Shown here: positions 10,210-20,666 of the stretch, in pieces
Layout of the letters: every line of letters starts with the position of its first letter
Numbering within the stretch: position 1 is the stretch's first letter
Assembly (NCBI GenBank): GCA_044425815.1
Contig: JAWXVA010000003.1
Span: 17,429 to 81,428 of the forward strand
Direction of reading: 5' to 3'
From: Eubacteriales bacterium
GTDB lineage: Bacteria > Bacillota > Clostridia > Lachnospirales > Lachnospiraceae
DNA length: 64,000 nt
The notes under the pieces: model-generated
Database searches by the model: none
The model's input: only the letters and a program-made list of their open reading frames with translations
What the model was told of the DNA's origin: nothing
Program-made: the position numbers and the translations under genes

Positions 10210-11147
10210 TATTTTTCTCCTCCTTTACCAAATGGTTTTGGGAGAGTTACACGTTCAATTAGTGGAACTAATAGATTACTAAAGATAATCGCATACGATA
10301 CGCCTTCTGCGGATCCACCGAAAATTCTAAACACACCAGTTAGCACTCCTAGGCAAATTCCGTATACTATTTGTCCACGCTTTGTAATCGGTGATGTTAC
10401 GTAATCAGTAGCCATAAACCATGCACCTAGCATAAGTCCACCACCACTTAACTGTGCACTAAGGTATTGCATATCAAACCCGTGTCCACTAAATAAAACG
10501 ATAAAAATAGCAAATGTCAAAATGTATGTACCTGGAATTCTCAAGTCTATAATCCCTAATAATATCAAGAACATCGCACCTAATACGATTGCAATCATAG
10601 ATGTTTCACCTATAGTACCTGGAATAGTTCCGATAATCAAATCGATACCATCAAAGCTAGATAACACACCATCTGCTTTAAGTTCTGCTAGTGGTGTTGC
10701 TCCTGAAAATGTGTCATAGGTAAAGTTAGTCATTCTTGCCGTAAATGAAATAAGCAAAAAGCATCTCGCCCCAAGTGCTGGGTTCATGAAATTTTGACCT
10801 AAACCTCCGAATAATTGTTTTACTATTAAAATTGCAAAAACTCCACCGATTACTCCTATCCACCAAGGTGCAGAAGAAGGCAAGTTCAATGCTAATAATA
10901 ATCCTGTTACCACAGCACTAAAGTCTGTAATTGTAATTTTTTTCTTCATCAATTTTTGATAAAGATATTCTGTTAGTACACATGTCGCCGTTGTTACAAC
11001 TACTAGAATCAGTGCATTAATTCCAAAATTAAATATACCAAATATTGTTGCTGGCATTAATGCAATTACTACCATAAGCATGATATTATCCGTAGTAATT
11101 TTTGAACGAATATGTGGTGATGATGAAATATTGTAATTTTCACTCAT
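10209..11147 (-). CDS. rnfD: Rnf complex subunit D
   Basis: SSSPHI, KQLFGGLGQNFMNPA, SGATPL, FMATDYVTSP. Confidence 0.96.
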   Translation of the reverse strand: MSENYNISSSPHIRSKITTDNIMLMVVIALMPATIFGIFNFGINALILVVVTTATCVLTEYLYQKLMKKKITITDFSAVVTGLLLALNLPSSAPWWIGVIGGVFAILIVKQLFGGLGQNFMNPALGARCFLLISFTARMTNFTYDTFSGATPLAELKADGVLSSFDGIDLIIGTIPGTIGETSMIAIVLGAMFLILLGIIDLRIPGTYILTFAIFIVLFSGHGFDMQYLSAQLSGGGLMLGAWFMATDYVTSPITKRGQIVYGICLGVLTGVFRIFGGSAEGVSYAIIFSNLLVPLIERVTLPKPFGKGGEK

Positions 11148-11163
11148 TATGATTTCCTCCCTC

Positions 11164-12483
11164 CTATTTTTTTCTACGATTCGCTAATACAATCTTACGC
11201 ATAGCTCCTATAGACTGTTTCAATGGTCTCTTTGCTGGACAGACATAACTACACGATCCACATTCCACACATTCCATACCACTTGTGCTCTCGAATTTTT
11301 CTGAATCATGATGTTCTGCGTAATCAGCAAGTCTCGATGGTATAATTCTACTTGGACAGACTTCTACACAACGTCCACAATTGATACATGCACTTGGCTC
11401 ATAAAGTGCTACTTCGTCTTTGCTCATAGCTAAGATAGATGAGGAAGTTTTTGTGATAGGTGTGTCTGTTGTAAACATCGCAAATCCCATCATCGGGCCA
11501 CCAGAAATCACTTTTTCTGGTTCCACTTTAAATCCACCTGCTGCTTCAATTAATTCGTTATGGTTTGTCCCAATTAATGCCTTGAAATTTCCTGGTTCTG
11601 CAATAGCATCCCCACTTACTGTCACAACACGTTCCATAAGCGGTTGGCCGTTCATAATTGCATTGTGAATAGCAATAATTGTTTCCACATTATCCACGAC
11701 ACATCCTGCATCTGCTGGAAGCATAGAAGAATTGATCGCTCTACCTGTCGTAGCATAAATCAATTGTCGTTCTGCACCTTGTGGGTACTTCGTCTTCAAT
11801 GCCATCACTTTCATACGTGGCTCATCTTTTATAAGTTCTTTTAGTTTTTCAACACAATCTGGCTTATTGTCTTCTATTCCAAAAACACCTTTTGCATTTT
11901 CGAACAGCGAAAGTATAATACGCATGCCGCTCACTAATTCTTCTGGATACTCTAGCATCCTTCTGTAATCTGCTGTGATATATGGTTCACACTCTGCACA
12001 GTTCGCCACTACATATTCTATCTTATCTGCTTCTTTTGGTGAAAGTTTCACATGCGTAGGAAAACCTGCGCCTCCCATACCTACAATACCTGCTGCACTA
12101 ATCTCTTTGATAATAGTCTCTTTTGACACATCTTCAATCGATTCTCTCGTTACATACTCTGATTCTTTGTATTCTTCATCATTTTCAATGATAATACAAT
12201 TCACCTTTGTTCCCGTTGTGTTAAATCTTGTCTCAATTCCTTTTACAGTTCCAGAAACCGATGAGTAAATAGGTGCTGATACAAATCCACTTGCCTCTGC
12301 AATCATCTGTCCTCGTAGTACAACATCACCTTTTGCTACAATTGGACTAGCTGGTGCGCCAATATGTTGTGACAATGGAAATACTAAGTCCATTTTAGGC
12401 TTAATTGAAACGATCGCTTTGTCTTTTGCTAAAGATTTTCCATCATTTGGATGAATTCCACCTTTAAATGTTAAAAGTCCCAT
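11164..12483 (-). CDS. rnfC: Rnf complex subunit C
   Basis: FKGGIHP, QHIGAP, GIVGMGGAGFPTHVK, ECEPYITAD, CINCGRCVEVCP, CVECGSCSYVCP. Confidence 0.97.
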   Translation of the reverse strand: MGLLTFKGGIHPNDGKSLAKDKAIVSIKPKMDLVFPLSQHIGAPASPIVAKGDVVLRGQMIAEASGFVSAPIYSSVSGTVKGIETRFNTTGTKVNCIIIENDEEYKESEYVTRESIEDVSKETIIKEISAAGIVGMGGAGFPTHVKLSPKEADKIEYVVANCAECEPYITADYRRMLEYPEELVSGMRIILSLFENAKGVFGIEDNKPDCVEKLKELIKDEPRMKVMALKTKYPQGAERQLIYATTGRAINSSMLPADAGCVVDNVETIIAIHNAIMNGQPLMERVVTVSGDAIAEPGNFKALIGTNHNELIEAAGGFKVEPEKVISGGPMMGFAMFTTDTPITKTSSSILAMSKDEVALYEPSACINCGRCVEVCPSRIIPSRLADYAEHHDSEKFESTSGMECVECGSCSYVCPAKRPLKQSIGAMRKIVLANRRKK

Positions 12484-12665
12484 TCTGATTCCTTCCTCCT
12501 TTAGTATATTCTATATTTTACTATACTCGTATACAAAGTAAAAATCCATCAAAATTAGCGATTATTTTGTACTAATCGCAAAACATTCTGACAGATTTTT
12601 AACAATTTCTTTATATTTTGTACAATTATATTGTACTGTTTTTGTGCACTTATTTATGAATTTTC

Positions 12666-14105
12666 TTATTTTTCAGCTAAAATACCCAATAATAATTTCC
12701 AGATTCTTTCAGCAGAAGCAATTTCCATCTTTTCATTAGTAGAATGAATATCATTCAAGTTCGGTCCAATCGATACACAGTCCAAATCTTCGATTTTGCT
12801 AGCAAAAATACCACATTCTAATCCCGCGTGGACTGCACCTACTATTGGTTCTTTTCCTAATGTCTTTGTGTATACTTTAACAACCATTTCTCTAAGTGGT
12901 GAATCTATACGATACTGCCAGCCTGGATAATCTCCTGCTTCCGAGATACTCCCTCCCATCATTTCTATCATCGCAATGGTTCTATCTGCCAGGTGACGCT
13001 TCGCTGTTTCTACTGAACTACGTACGTTGTAATTCATTACTAACGAATCATTCTTCATTGCAAAAATCCCCATATTTGTAGAAGTCTCTACTAATCCAGG
13101 AATCGCAGCACTCATAGCATAAATACCATTCGGTAAATTCATCAATGCATTTAACAATATCACTTTGCTACTCGGTACAAGAACACGACTAGTTTCTACA
13201 GCTCCTTTTGTAACTGCTACATACACATCTGGATCTGATAGCACATATTCATTCTTAATCTCTACTTCCACTTCAGCTAATTGTTTTAACATCTGTGCTT
13301 CATTTTTTTCATCCACAAGTATGCTTGCAGCCGTAAAACTAGGAATAACATTATCTGCATTTCCACCATGTACATCTGACACTTCAATCAATGAACGAAC
13401 CGCATATAGCACTCTTCCCATCAATAAATTTGCATTTCCTCTGCCTTTGTGAATCTCAGCACCAGAATGTCCTCCTAATAATCCTTTTACTGCTATGGTG
13501 TACCCAATTCCAGATACTTCTTCAAACGAAACTGGAATATTTCCTTCTATAAATGTACCCCCTGCACAACTTGTCAAAACTTGAGTATCATCTTCGCAAT
13601 CTATATTAATTAATTTTTTTCCTTGCAAAGACGATAAATCCATATCTTTTGCTCCCAATAATCCGATTTCTTCATCTACTGTAAATACAGCTTCCAATCG
13701 TGGATGCGGAATATCCTTAGAATCAAGAATAGCCAACGCCATCGCTACTGCTATTCCATCATCTCCGCCTAGAGAAGTGTCTCTCGCCCATACCCAAACT
13801 CCATCCGTTTCAAGAATTAATCCATCGGTTTCAAAATCAAAATCACTGCCTTCCACTTTTTCACACACCATATCAAGATGTCCCTGTAATATAACGGTAC
13901 CAACTTCTTCATAACCTGGTGTTGCTTCTTTCGTAATAATAATATTATTCAAATCATCTTGAATAACCGATAAGCCTCTTTCATTTGCAAAGTTTACACA
14001 ATAATCACTAATTTGCTTCGTGTTTCTCGATCCATGTGGAATCTTACATAATTCTTCAAAATACATCATCGCTTGTTTTGGTTCAAATTGTCCTAATACA
14101 CTCAT
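12666..14105 (-). CDS. pepD: Aminoacyl-histidine dipeptidase (M20 family)
   Basis: IPHGS, LQGHLDMVCEK, LGGDDGIAVA, DEEIGLLGA, GGHSG.EIH, HAGLECG, IHS..E. Confidence 0.93.
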   Translation of the reverse strand: MSVLGQFEPKQAMMYFEELCKIPHGSRNTKQISDYCVNFANERGLSVIQDDLNNIIITKEATPGYEEVGTVILQGHLDMVCEKVEGSDFDFETDGLILETDGVWVWARDTSLGGDDGIAVAMALAILDSKDIPHPRLEAVFTVDEEIGLLGAKDMDLSSLQGKKLINIDCEDDTQVLTSCAGGTFIEGNIPVSFEEVSGIGYTIAVKGLLGGHSGAEIHKGRGNANLLMGRVLYAVRSLIEVSDVHGGNADNVIPSFTAASILVDEKNEAQMLKQLAEVEVEIKNEYVLSDPDVYVAVTKGAVETSRVLVPSSKVILLNALMNLPNGIYAMSAAIPGLVETSTNMGIFAMKNDSLVMNYNVRSSVETAKRHLADRTIAMIEMMGGSISEAGDYPGWQYRIDSPLREMVVKVYTKTLGKEPIVGAVHAGLECGIFASKIEDLDCVSIGPNLNDIHSTNEKMEIASAERIWKLLLGILAEK

Positions 14106-14145
14106 TATTAGTCTCTCCTTTAGTTAATATTAACCATTATATAAC

Positions 14146-14188
14146 AAAAATGCCCTAACAGTCTATATAAATATAAACTGCTAGGGCA
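14146..14188 (-). terminator. Rho-independent terminator after rpsA
   Basis: tgccctaacag / ctgctagggca stem followed by a T tract on the minus strand. Confidence 0.7.
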
Positions 14189-14230
14189 ATAATTTTTATG
14201 TTTTTTACACAATTTTTAGTAACTTGTATT

Positions 14231-15325
14231 TTATTCTTCTGTCACTTCAACTTCTTCATATACTTCTTCTGTTTCTGGCTCTAACGCTTTCATGCTTAAG
14301 CTGATTTTCTTATCTGCTTCATTTAAATCTACAACTTTCGCTGTGATTTCTTGTCCTACAGCTAATACATCTGCTGGTTTTTCAACATGATTTCTAGAAA
14401 TTTGTGATACATGAAGTAATGCGTCTACACCTGGTGCTAATTCAACAAATGCACCAAAGTCTGTCATTCTTGCAACTGTTCCTGTAACTACCTCTCCTAC
14501 AGCATATGCTGAAGCAGCGTTTGCCCATGGATTTGATGCAGGGAATTTAAGGCTTAATGCAACCTTAGTATCTTTAATGTCTTTAATCAATACTGTGATT
14601 TCATCACCAATTTTGAATACATTCTTTGGATGTTCAACTCTTCCCCATGACATTTCTGAAATGTGAAGTAATCCATCAACACCGCCAAGATCGATAAACG
14701 CACCAAAATCTGTAACATTCTTAACGATCCCTTGTACAGAATCTCCTATTTGTAATGTAGCGAATAATTCTTTTTGCTTCTCAGCTCTTTCTGCTACTAG
14801 TAATTGTCTTCTATCTCCAATTACTCTGTTTCTTCTTGGGTTGAATTCACTAATAACAAACTCAATTTCTTGACCTTGATATTTTGTTAAATCTTTCTCG
14901 TATGAATCCGAAACAAGGCTTGCTGGAATAAACACTCTAGCTTCTTCTACAACTACGCTTAATCCTCCACCTAGGATTTGTGCTACTGTTGCTTTTAATA
15001 CTTCTTTGTTTTCAAATGCTTCTTTTAATCTTTCGTTACCTTTTTCTGCTGCTAATCTCTTGTAAGTCAATAATACTTGACCTTCTCCGTCATTTACTTT
15101 TAAAACTTTAACAGTCATTGAATCGCCTACAGATACCATTGCAGTAAGATCAACGTTAGAATCATTTGAATACTCGCTACGAGAGATGATACCATCTGCT
15201 TTATAACCAATGTTTAAAATGATTTCTTCTGGTTTAACATCGATTACTGTACCGTCAACTACCTCCCCATTACGAATTGTTTTAAATGACTCCTCTAACA
15301 TTTGTTCAAAACTTAACTCTGACAT
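14231..15325 (-). CDS. rpsA: 30S ribosomal protein S1 (Firmicutes short form, 4 S1 domains)
   Basis: Repeated S1 motifs (DFGAFIDLGGVDGLLHISE; DFGAFVELAPGVDALLHVSQ). ATG 15325 follows GAGGAGG inside ispH. Confidence 0.95.
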   Translation of the reverse strand: MSELSFEQMLEESFKTIRNGEVVDGTVIDVKPEEIILNIGYKADGIISRSEYSNDSNVDLTAMVSVGDSMTVKVLKVNDGEGQVLLTYKRLAAEKGNERLKEAFENKEVLKATVAQILGGGLSVVVEEARVFIPASLVSDSYEKDLTKYQGQEIEFVISEFNPRRNRVIGDRRQLLVAERAEKQKELFATLQIGDSVQGIVKNVTDFGAFIDLGGVDGLLHISEMSWGRVEHPKNVFKIGDEITVLIKDIKDTKVALSLKFPASNPWANAASAYAVGEVVTGTVARMTDFGAFVELAPGVDALLHVSQISRNHVEKPADVLAVGQEITAKVVDLNEADKKISLSMKALEPETEEVYEEVEVTEE

Positions 15326-16160
15326 TAATTTGAACCTCCTCAATTATATTATTGGGCGTTGATGCCCCTGCTGTAATACCTACTGTGTCGACGGACTCTA
15401 ACTGATCTATATCCAAATCTTTAAGTGTCTGTATGTAGTACGTATTGTTACATGCTTTTTTGCATATTTCAAATAGCTTTTGTGTGTTGGAGCTCTGTTT
15501 ATCTCCTACTACAATCATCGCATCTACGTCTTTCGCAATCGCTGCGGCTTCTGTTTGGCGCTCCTTTGTAGCACTACAAATTGTATTTAAAACACTTACA
15601 TCATAACTCTTTTTCTCAATAATATCAACTATATCTTTAAATTTCTTGTAATTAAATGTCGTTTGTGATACAATACTTATTTTTTGTCCATAAGAAAGGG
15701 GAATTTCTTCCACTTCTTGTACAGATTGTACAATAAATACTGGCGTCGTCGACCACCCTACAATTCCTTGGACCTCTGGATGTGTTGGATTTCCAATTAT
15801 TATCACTTGGCGTCCTTTGCTATTTTCTTCTTTTACAATTTTATGAATCTTCTTTACAAATGGGCACGTAGCCTCCACACATTCTAATTTTTTCTTTTCT
15901 AGGATATCATAAATTTCTTTTGCCACTCCATGTGAACGTATAATAACAATTCCCTCTTCCAAAGCTTCTAGTTCTTCTTTCGTATGAAGCACTTTCACGC
16001 CTTTATTCTCAAAATCTCGAATCACTTCTTCATTATGAATGATTGGTCCATACGTATATATTTTCTTATTTGTATTTTTATTAATTTCCTCATATACCTT
16101 ATCTACAGCTCTTTTTACCCCAAAACAAAAACCCGCCGTCTTTGCTCTTATCACTTCCAT
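15306..16160 (-). CDS. ispH: 4-hydroxy-3-methylbut-2-enyl diphosphate reductase
   Basis: AGFCFGVKRAV, IIHN, RSHG, ATCPFV, HPEV, NTIC.AT..RQ, SSNT, ITAGASTP. Confidence 0.97.
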   Translation of the reverse strand: MEVIRAKTAGFCFGVKRAVDKVYEEINKNTNKKIYTYGPIIHNEEVIRDFENKGVKVLHTKEELEALEEGIVIIRSHGVAKEIYDILEKKKLECVEATCPFVKKIHKIVKEENSKGRQVIIIGNPTHPEVQGIVGWSTTPVFIVQSVQEVEEIPLSYGQKISIVSQTTFNYKKFKDIVDIIEKKSYDVSVLNTICSATKERQTEAAAIAKDVDAMIVVGDKQSSNTQKLFEICKKACNNTYYIQTLKDLDIDQLESVDTVGITAGASTPNNIIEEVQINVRVKF

Positions 16161-16817
16161 CTATTTACACGCCTCCAAGATTGTATTCACAACTTCATCT
16201 ATCGTCATATCAGAAGAATCCACTAGAATTGCATCATTTGCTTGCTTTAATGGTGCAATTTCACGATTCATATCTCTGTCGTCTCTTTCTGCAATGTCTT
16301 CTGCTATTTCTCCTAATTTACAATCAATTCCTTTTTGTGTCAATTCTTTGTATCTTCTATTTGCTCTTGCTTCCACACTAGCTGTTAAATAAATTTTAAC
16401 ATCTGCATTTGGTAGAATATGTGTCCCTATATCTCTTCCATCCATAACAACATCGTATTCTTTTGCAAGATTTTTCTGCAACTCCAACAAATGTGCTCGC
16501 ACAGCTGGAATCGTTGCTATCTTAGATGCCATATTCCCTACAATTTCTTCACGTAATTTCGCTGTAATATTCACCCCATTTAGAACGACTTGTTGCGCCC
16601 CATCTCGATACATTATTTTCACATCCGCTTCACTACAATATGCTTTAATTTTTTCTTCTTCCTGTGCCTCAAGTCCTTTTTCTATAAAAAAAACAGACAT
16701 CGCACGATACATCGCGCCTGTATCTACATATATAAATCCTTTTTCCTTCGCCACCAATTTTGCAATGGTACTCTTCCCTGCACTGGCAGGTCCATCTATC
16801 GCTATATTATATCCCAT
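16161..16817 (-). CDS. cmk: Cytidylate kinase
   Basis: IAIDGPASAGKST, DTGAMYRA, MDGRDIGT, RD..D..R..APL. Confidence 0.97.
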   Translation of the reverse strand: MGYNIAIDGPASAGKSTIAKLVAKEKGFIYVDTGAMYRAMSVFFIEKGLEAQEEEKIKAYCSEADVKIMYRDGAQQVVLNGVNITAKLREEIVGNMASKIATIPAVRAHLLELQKNLAKEYDVVMDGRDIGTHILPNADVKIYLTASVEARANRRYKELTQKGIDCKLGEIAEDIAERDDRDMNREIAPLKQANDAILVDSSDMTIDEVVNTILEACK

Positions 16818-16840
16818 AACATCTCCTTATTATTAATTTT

Positions 16841-16883
16841 GTTTCTTCTATATCAGTTTCTTCTATATCAGTTTCTTCTATAT
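16841..16883. repeat. 15-bp tandem repeat, about 2.9 copies
   Basis: gtttcttctatatca x2 plus gtttcttctatat, spanning the stop codon of the upstream oxidoreductase gene. Confidence 0.9.
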
Positions 16884-18104
16884 ACTAATAGCCGCTAAAT
16901 ACGCTGTAGACCAAGCTATCTGTAAGTTGAAGCCACCTGTCACTGCATCTAGGTCCAATACTTCACCTATATAATATACACCACTCACTTTTTTTGACTC
17001 CATCGTAGATGGGTTTATTTCCGATACTTTCACCCCACCTTTAGTGATAATCGCTTCCCTAAAGCTTCTTGTACCCGTAAGCTCCATCGTAAAGTTCTTA
17101 ATTAATCGCGCAAATTTTTGACGCTCCTCTTTGGAAATTTCATTCACTTTTTTCTCGTTATCAATACCACTAAGTTCTAGCATAATAGGTAATAATTTAG
17201 CTGGAAATAATTTTGGTATTGCGTTCTTGAACTGCTTGTTTTTGCTTTCCTCGAAATCCCTTAGAATTCGCTTGTCTAATTGTTCTAATGTTAAGGCTGG
17301 TTTTAAATCAATGCTTAATTGTAATGGAGTTTTATCTAATTGTTTCGCTACATAACTACTAGCACTCAGTATCAATGGACCACTGACGCCAAAATGAGTA
17401 AATAACATCTCTCCTTGTTCTTCGTATAAAGTTTTTTTCCCATCTGTAATTTTAGCTGTTACGTTTTTAAGTGCAAGACCTTGCAGTTCTTTTGCATACC
17501 ATTCTTTTACTTCGAGCGGTACAAGCGCTGGATACAACGGCGTAACCGTATGTCCCATGTTTTCAGCAAAACGATACCCATCTCCTGTCGACCCTGTCGT
17601 CTCATAACTGCAACCACCTGTGGCTACGATACACGCATCTCCTTTGACAATATCACCATCAGATAATAAAATCTCAGAAAACATTCCATTCTCCACGCGT
17701 ATATTACGCACTGCATCTTCATAATGGATATGCACTTTCAATCGTTTCATTTCACGAATCATTCCATTGATAACATCTGAGGAATGGTCCGAAACTGGAA
17801 AAACGCGATTCCCACGTTCAATTTTTGTCCTCACCCCTAATTCTTCAAAAAAATCAATCACTTGATCATTGGTAAAGCTATAAAATCCGCTGTATAAAAA
17901 TTTAGCATTTGTGACAACCGAAGAAAATAACACTTCCATATCACTCGCATTTGTAATATTGCAGCGCCCTTTCCCTGTAATAAATAATTTCTTTCCTAGT
18001 TTTTCATTTTTTTCAAACAAATGAACTTCATGTCCATTTCTAGCTGCAATTATAGATGCTAGCATCCCTGCTGCACCTCCGCCTATAATCAATACTTTAC
18101 TCAT
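16878..18104 (-). CDS. HI0933/YhiN family NAD(P)/FAD-dependent oxidoreductase
   Basis: IIGGGAAG, GKKLFITGKGRCNITN, ATGG.SY..TGSTGDG, GEMLFTHFGVSGP, T.GGV, GGFNLQ.A. Start 18104 overlaps the rpiR stop. Confidence 0.92.
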   Translation of the reverse strand: MSKVLIIGGGAAGMLASIIAARNGHEVHLFEKNEKLGKKLFITGKGRCNITNASDMEVLFSSVVTNAKFLYSGFYSFTNDQVIDFFEELGVRTKIERGNRVFPVSDHSSDVINGMIREMKRLKVHIHYEDAVRNIRVENGMFSEILLSDGDIVKGDACIVATGGCSYETTGSTGDGYRFAENMGHTVTPLYPALVPLEVKEWYAKELQGLALKNVTAKITDGKKTLYEEQGEMLFTHFGVSGPLILSASSYVAKQLDKTPLQLSIDLKPALTLEQLDKRILRDFEESKNKQFKNAIPKLFPAKLLPIMLELSGIDNEKKVNEISKEERQKFARLIKNFTMELTGTRSFREAIITKGGVKVSEINPSTMESKKVSGVYYIGEVLDLDAVTGGFNLQIAWSTAYLAAISI

Positions 18105-19029
18105 CTTGTACTTCCTCATCTTTGGCACTCATACTCACAGTATTCTGTGCATAATTCAATTCATCAGTACTATACACTTGATATTCGTCCCAGATTTCTT
18201 CTAGTTTTTCTAGTGTTTCTATCACAGTTTCTTGATTCTCCATACATAGTGCAACCACTAATGCATTAATGATACTTAGCGGTGCAACTAACGAATCCAC
18301 TATAGATGCCATATCGCTCTTAGCAATCAAATTACACGAAGAATATAAGCACATAGGTGAATGTACACTATCTGTAAGTGTAATAACTTTTGCACTTCTA
18401 TTGCTCGCAAATTCTAAAGCTTTTAATGTACGCATTGAGTACCTTGGAAAACTGATTCCAATTATCACATCATCTTGATCAATTCGGATTAGTTGTTCGA
18501 ATATCTCACTCGCACTATTTGTATTAACTGCACAAACATCATCAACAATCAGATTTAAGTAAAACGATAAAAATTGTGCTAACGGGGCACAACTACGAAT
18601 CCCTACCACGTAGATTCGTTTTGCATTCTTAATCGTGTCTACTGCCAATTGAAATGCCTCTTTATCCACTTGGTTCATTGTTATGCGAATTTTATCTATA
18701 TCTGCTTGGAGCACCGTCTCTATAATTTCCCCTTGGCCTATTCTTCCATATGCCACTTCCATGCGTTGAATCGAATTCAATCGATTACGTACCAATTCTT
18801 CCAGTGCTTTTTGAAACCCTGGATATCCTTTGTATCCTAGTTGACTAGCAAAACGAACAACTGTCGATTCACTCACGCCTACTGTATCTCCTAATTTCGC
18901 TGCAGTCAAAAAAACGGCTTTATCGTAATTTTCTATAATGTAATTAGCCAAAGCTTTTTGCCCCTTACTAAACGAACTGAATTGACTCTCTATAACTGCT
19001 AATAATTCATTTGTATTTCGTTCTATCAC
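18097..19029 (-). CDS. MurR/RpiR family transcriptional regulator
   Basis: HTH (LGDTVGVSESTVVRFA..LGY.GYP.FQ) plus SIS domain (ISFPRYS, ITLTDS..SP). Confidence 0.93.
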   Translation of the reverse strand: MIERNTNELLAVIESQFSSFSKGQKALANYIIENYDKAVFLTAAKLGDTVGVSESTVVRFASQLGYKGYPGFQKALEELVRNRLNSIQRMEVAYGRIGQGEIIETVLQADIDKIRITMNQVDKEAFQLAVDTIKNAKRIYVVGIRSCAPLAQFLSFYLNLIVDDVCAVNTNSASEIFEQLIRIDQDDVIIGISFPRYSMRTLKALEFASNRSAKVITLTDSVHSPMCLYSSCNLIAKSDMASIVDSLVAPLSIINALVVALCMENQETVIETLEKLEEIWDEYQVYSTDELNYAQNTVSMSAKDEEVQDE

Positions 19030-19140
19030 AATTGCCTCCTAGATAAATGATTAATGTAATTAATATAACATATTTTTTTATCCTTTACATCTTTTAAATA
19101 GTATAACTAGTTATTTAATAAACATTTAATCACTACAGAC

Positions 19141-19193
19141 AAAAAAAGATGTGTAAAACAGATAAAACACTCATCTGTTTCACAACATCTTCT
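19141..19193 (-). terminator. Rho-independent terminator after oadA
   Basis: Minus-strand agatgttgtgaaacagat / atctgttttacacatct imperfect stem plus T7. Confidence 0.75.
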
Positions 19194-19218
19194 CTCAATT
19201 TTCTTATATATTCTAAAA

Positions 19219-20622
19219 TTATACTGGATATGCACCGTTCTTTGTATCTGCAACTGTAGCATCTACTTTTGTTTTTTGTGCATCACGATATTTGAAGAAA
19301 TCTGTAGCAACTTGTGGGAATAATGCATAAGATAATACATCTTCCTCTTGTGTGCTATAAGCAGCCATTTCAGCTTTTAATGTATCAAGTTCTGCTGGTA
19401 ATGTATCAGCGAATCTACAAGTAATTGGTTCTAAATCTCCAATAACTTGTTTTTGAATCTCTGCATTAAATGGTTTAACAGTCTTACCATATTTTCCTGC
19501 AAATACATCTTTTGTTTCTTTTGTTGCCATCTTGTATCTTTCACCCATAAGCACGTTAAATACAGCTTGTGTTCCAACGATTTGCGAAGAAGGTGTAACA
19601 AGTGGGCATTCTCCAAGGTCTGCACGTACTCTTGGTACTTCTGCAAGCACTTCGTAATATTTATCTTCTGCTCCTTGTTCTTTTAATTGAGAAGTAAGGT
19701 TCGATAACATACCACCTGGTACTTGATATAATAACGTCTTGATATCAACACCCATGTTTTTAGGATTTAATAATCCAGATTCAAGCGCTTTGTCACGAAG
19801 TGGTCTGAAATAATCCGCGATTTCTGCTAGTAATGCTTGATCATATCCTGTATCAAATTTTGTACCCTTGAATGTTTCAACCATAACTTCTGTAGCTGGT
19901 TGTGATGTACCAAGCGCAAATGGTGACATCGCTGTATCCACTACGTCTACTCCAGCTTCAATTGCTTTCATATATGTCATAGAAGCAACACCTGATGTGT
20001 AGTGTGTGTGAAGTTGAATAGGGATATCTACTGCATCTTTTAATGCTTCTATCATCTCTGTTGCTTTATATGGAAGTAATAATCCAGCCATATCTTTCAA
20101 ACAAATTGAGTTTGCACCCATTTCTTCACATTCTTTTGCAATTCCTTGCCAATATTCTACCGTATAGGCATCTCCTAATGTATAAGATAAGGCAACTTGT
20201 GCATGTCCTTTTTCAGCATTCGTAGCTTTGACAGCTGTTTGTAAGTTTCTCATATCATTCAAACAGTCGAAAATACGAATAATATCCATTCCATTTGCCA
20301 CTGATTTTTGTACGAAATATTCTACAACATCATCAGCATATGGACGATATCCTAAGATATTTTGTCCACGGAATAACATTTGTAATTTTGTGTTTTTAAA
20401 TCCATCACGGAACTGACGTAATCTATCCCATGGATCTTCTTTTAAGAATCGAAGTGATGCATCAAATGTAGCTCCGCCCCAGCACTCTACTGAGTGGTAT
20501 CCTACTTTGTCCATTTTATCAATAATAGGAAGCATCTGTTCTGTAGTCATTCTTGTAGCAATCAATGATTGATGTGCATCACGAAGAATGGTCTCTGTTA
20601 ATTTAATTGGTTTTCTTTCCAT
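19219..20622 (-). CDS. oadA: Oxaloacetate decarboxylase alpha / pyruvate carboxyltransferase subunit, without a biotinyl domain
   Basis: LRDAHQSL.ATRM, ECWGGATFD, LKDMAG, HTH.T.G, PGGM.SNL, LVTPSSQIVG; no C-terminal MKM domain. Confidence 0.9.
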   Translation of the reverse strand: MERKPIKLTETILRDAHQSLIATRMTTEQMLPIIDKMDKVGYHSVECWGGATFDASLRFLKEDPWDRLRQFRDGFKNTKLQMLFRGQNILGYRPYADDVVEYFVQKSVANGMDIIRIFDCLNDMRNLQTAVKATNAEKGHAQVALSYTLGDAYTVEYWQGIAKECEEMGANSICLKDMAGLLLPYKATEMIEALKDAVDIPIQLHTHYTSGVASMTYMKAIEAGVDVVDTAMSPFALGTSQPATEVMVETFKGTKFDTGYDQALLAEIADYFRPLRDKALESGLLNPKNMGVDIKTLLYQVPGGMLSNLTSQLKEQGAEDKYYEVLAEVPRVRADLGECPLVTPSSQIVGTQAVFNVLMGERYKMATKETKDVFAGKYGKTVKPFNAEIQKQVIGDLEPITCRFADTLPAELDTLKAEMAAYSTQEEDVLSYALFPQVATDFFKYRDAQKTKVDATVADTKNGAYPV

Positions 20623-20666
20623 CTCTATAACATCTCCTTTTTCATTTAAAAATAGGTCTTATCTGA

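Noticed and set aside
12588-12605. Rex box upstream of rnfC
   Set aside because: One half-site is perfect (TTGTTAA) but the other matches only 3 of 7.
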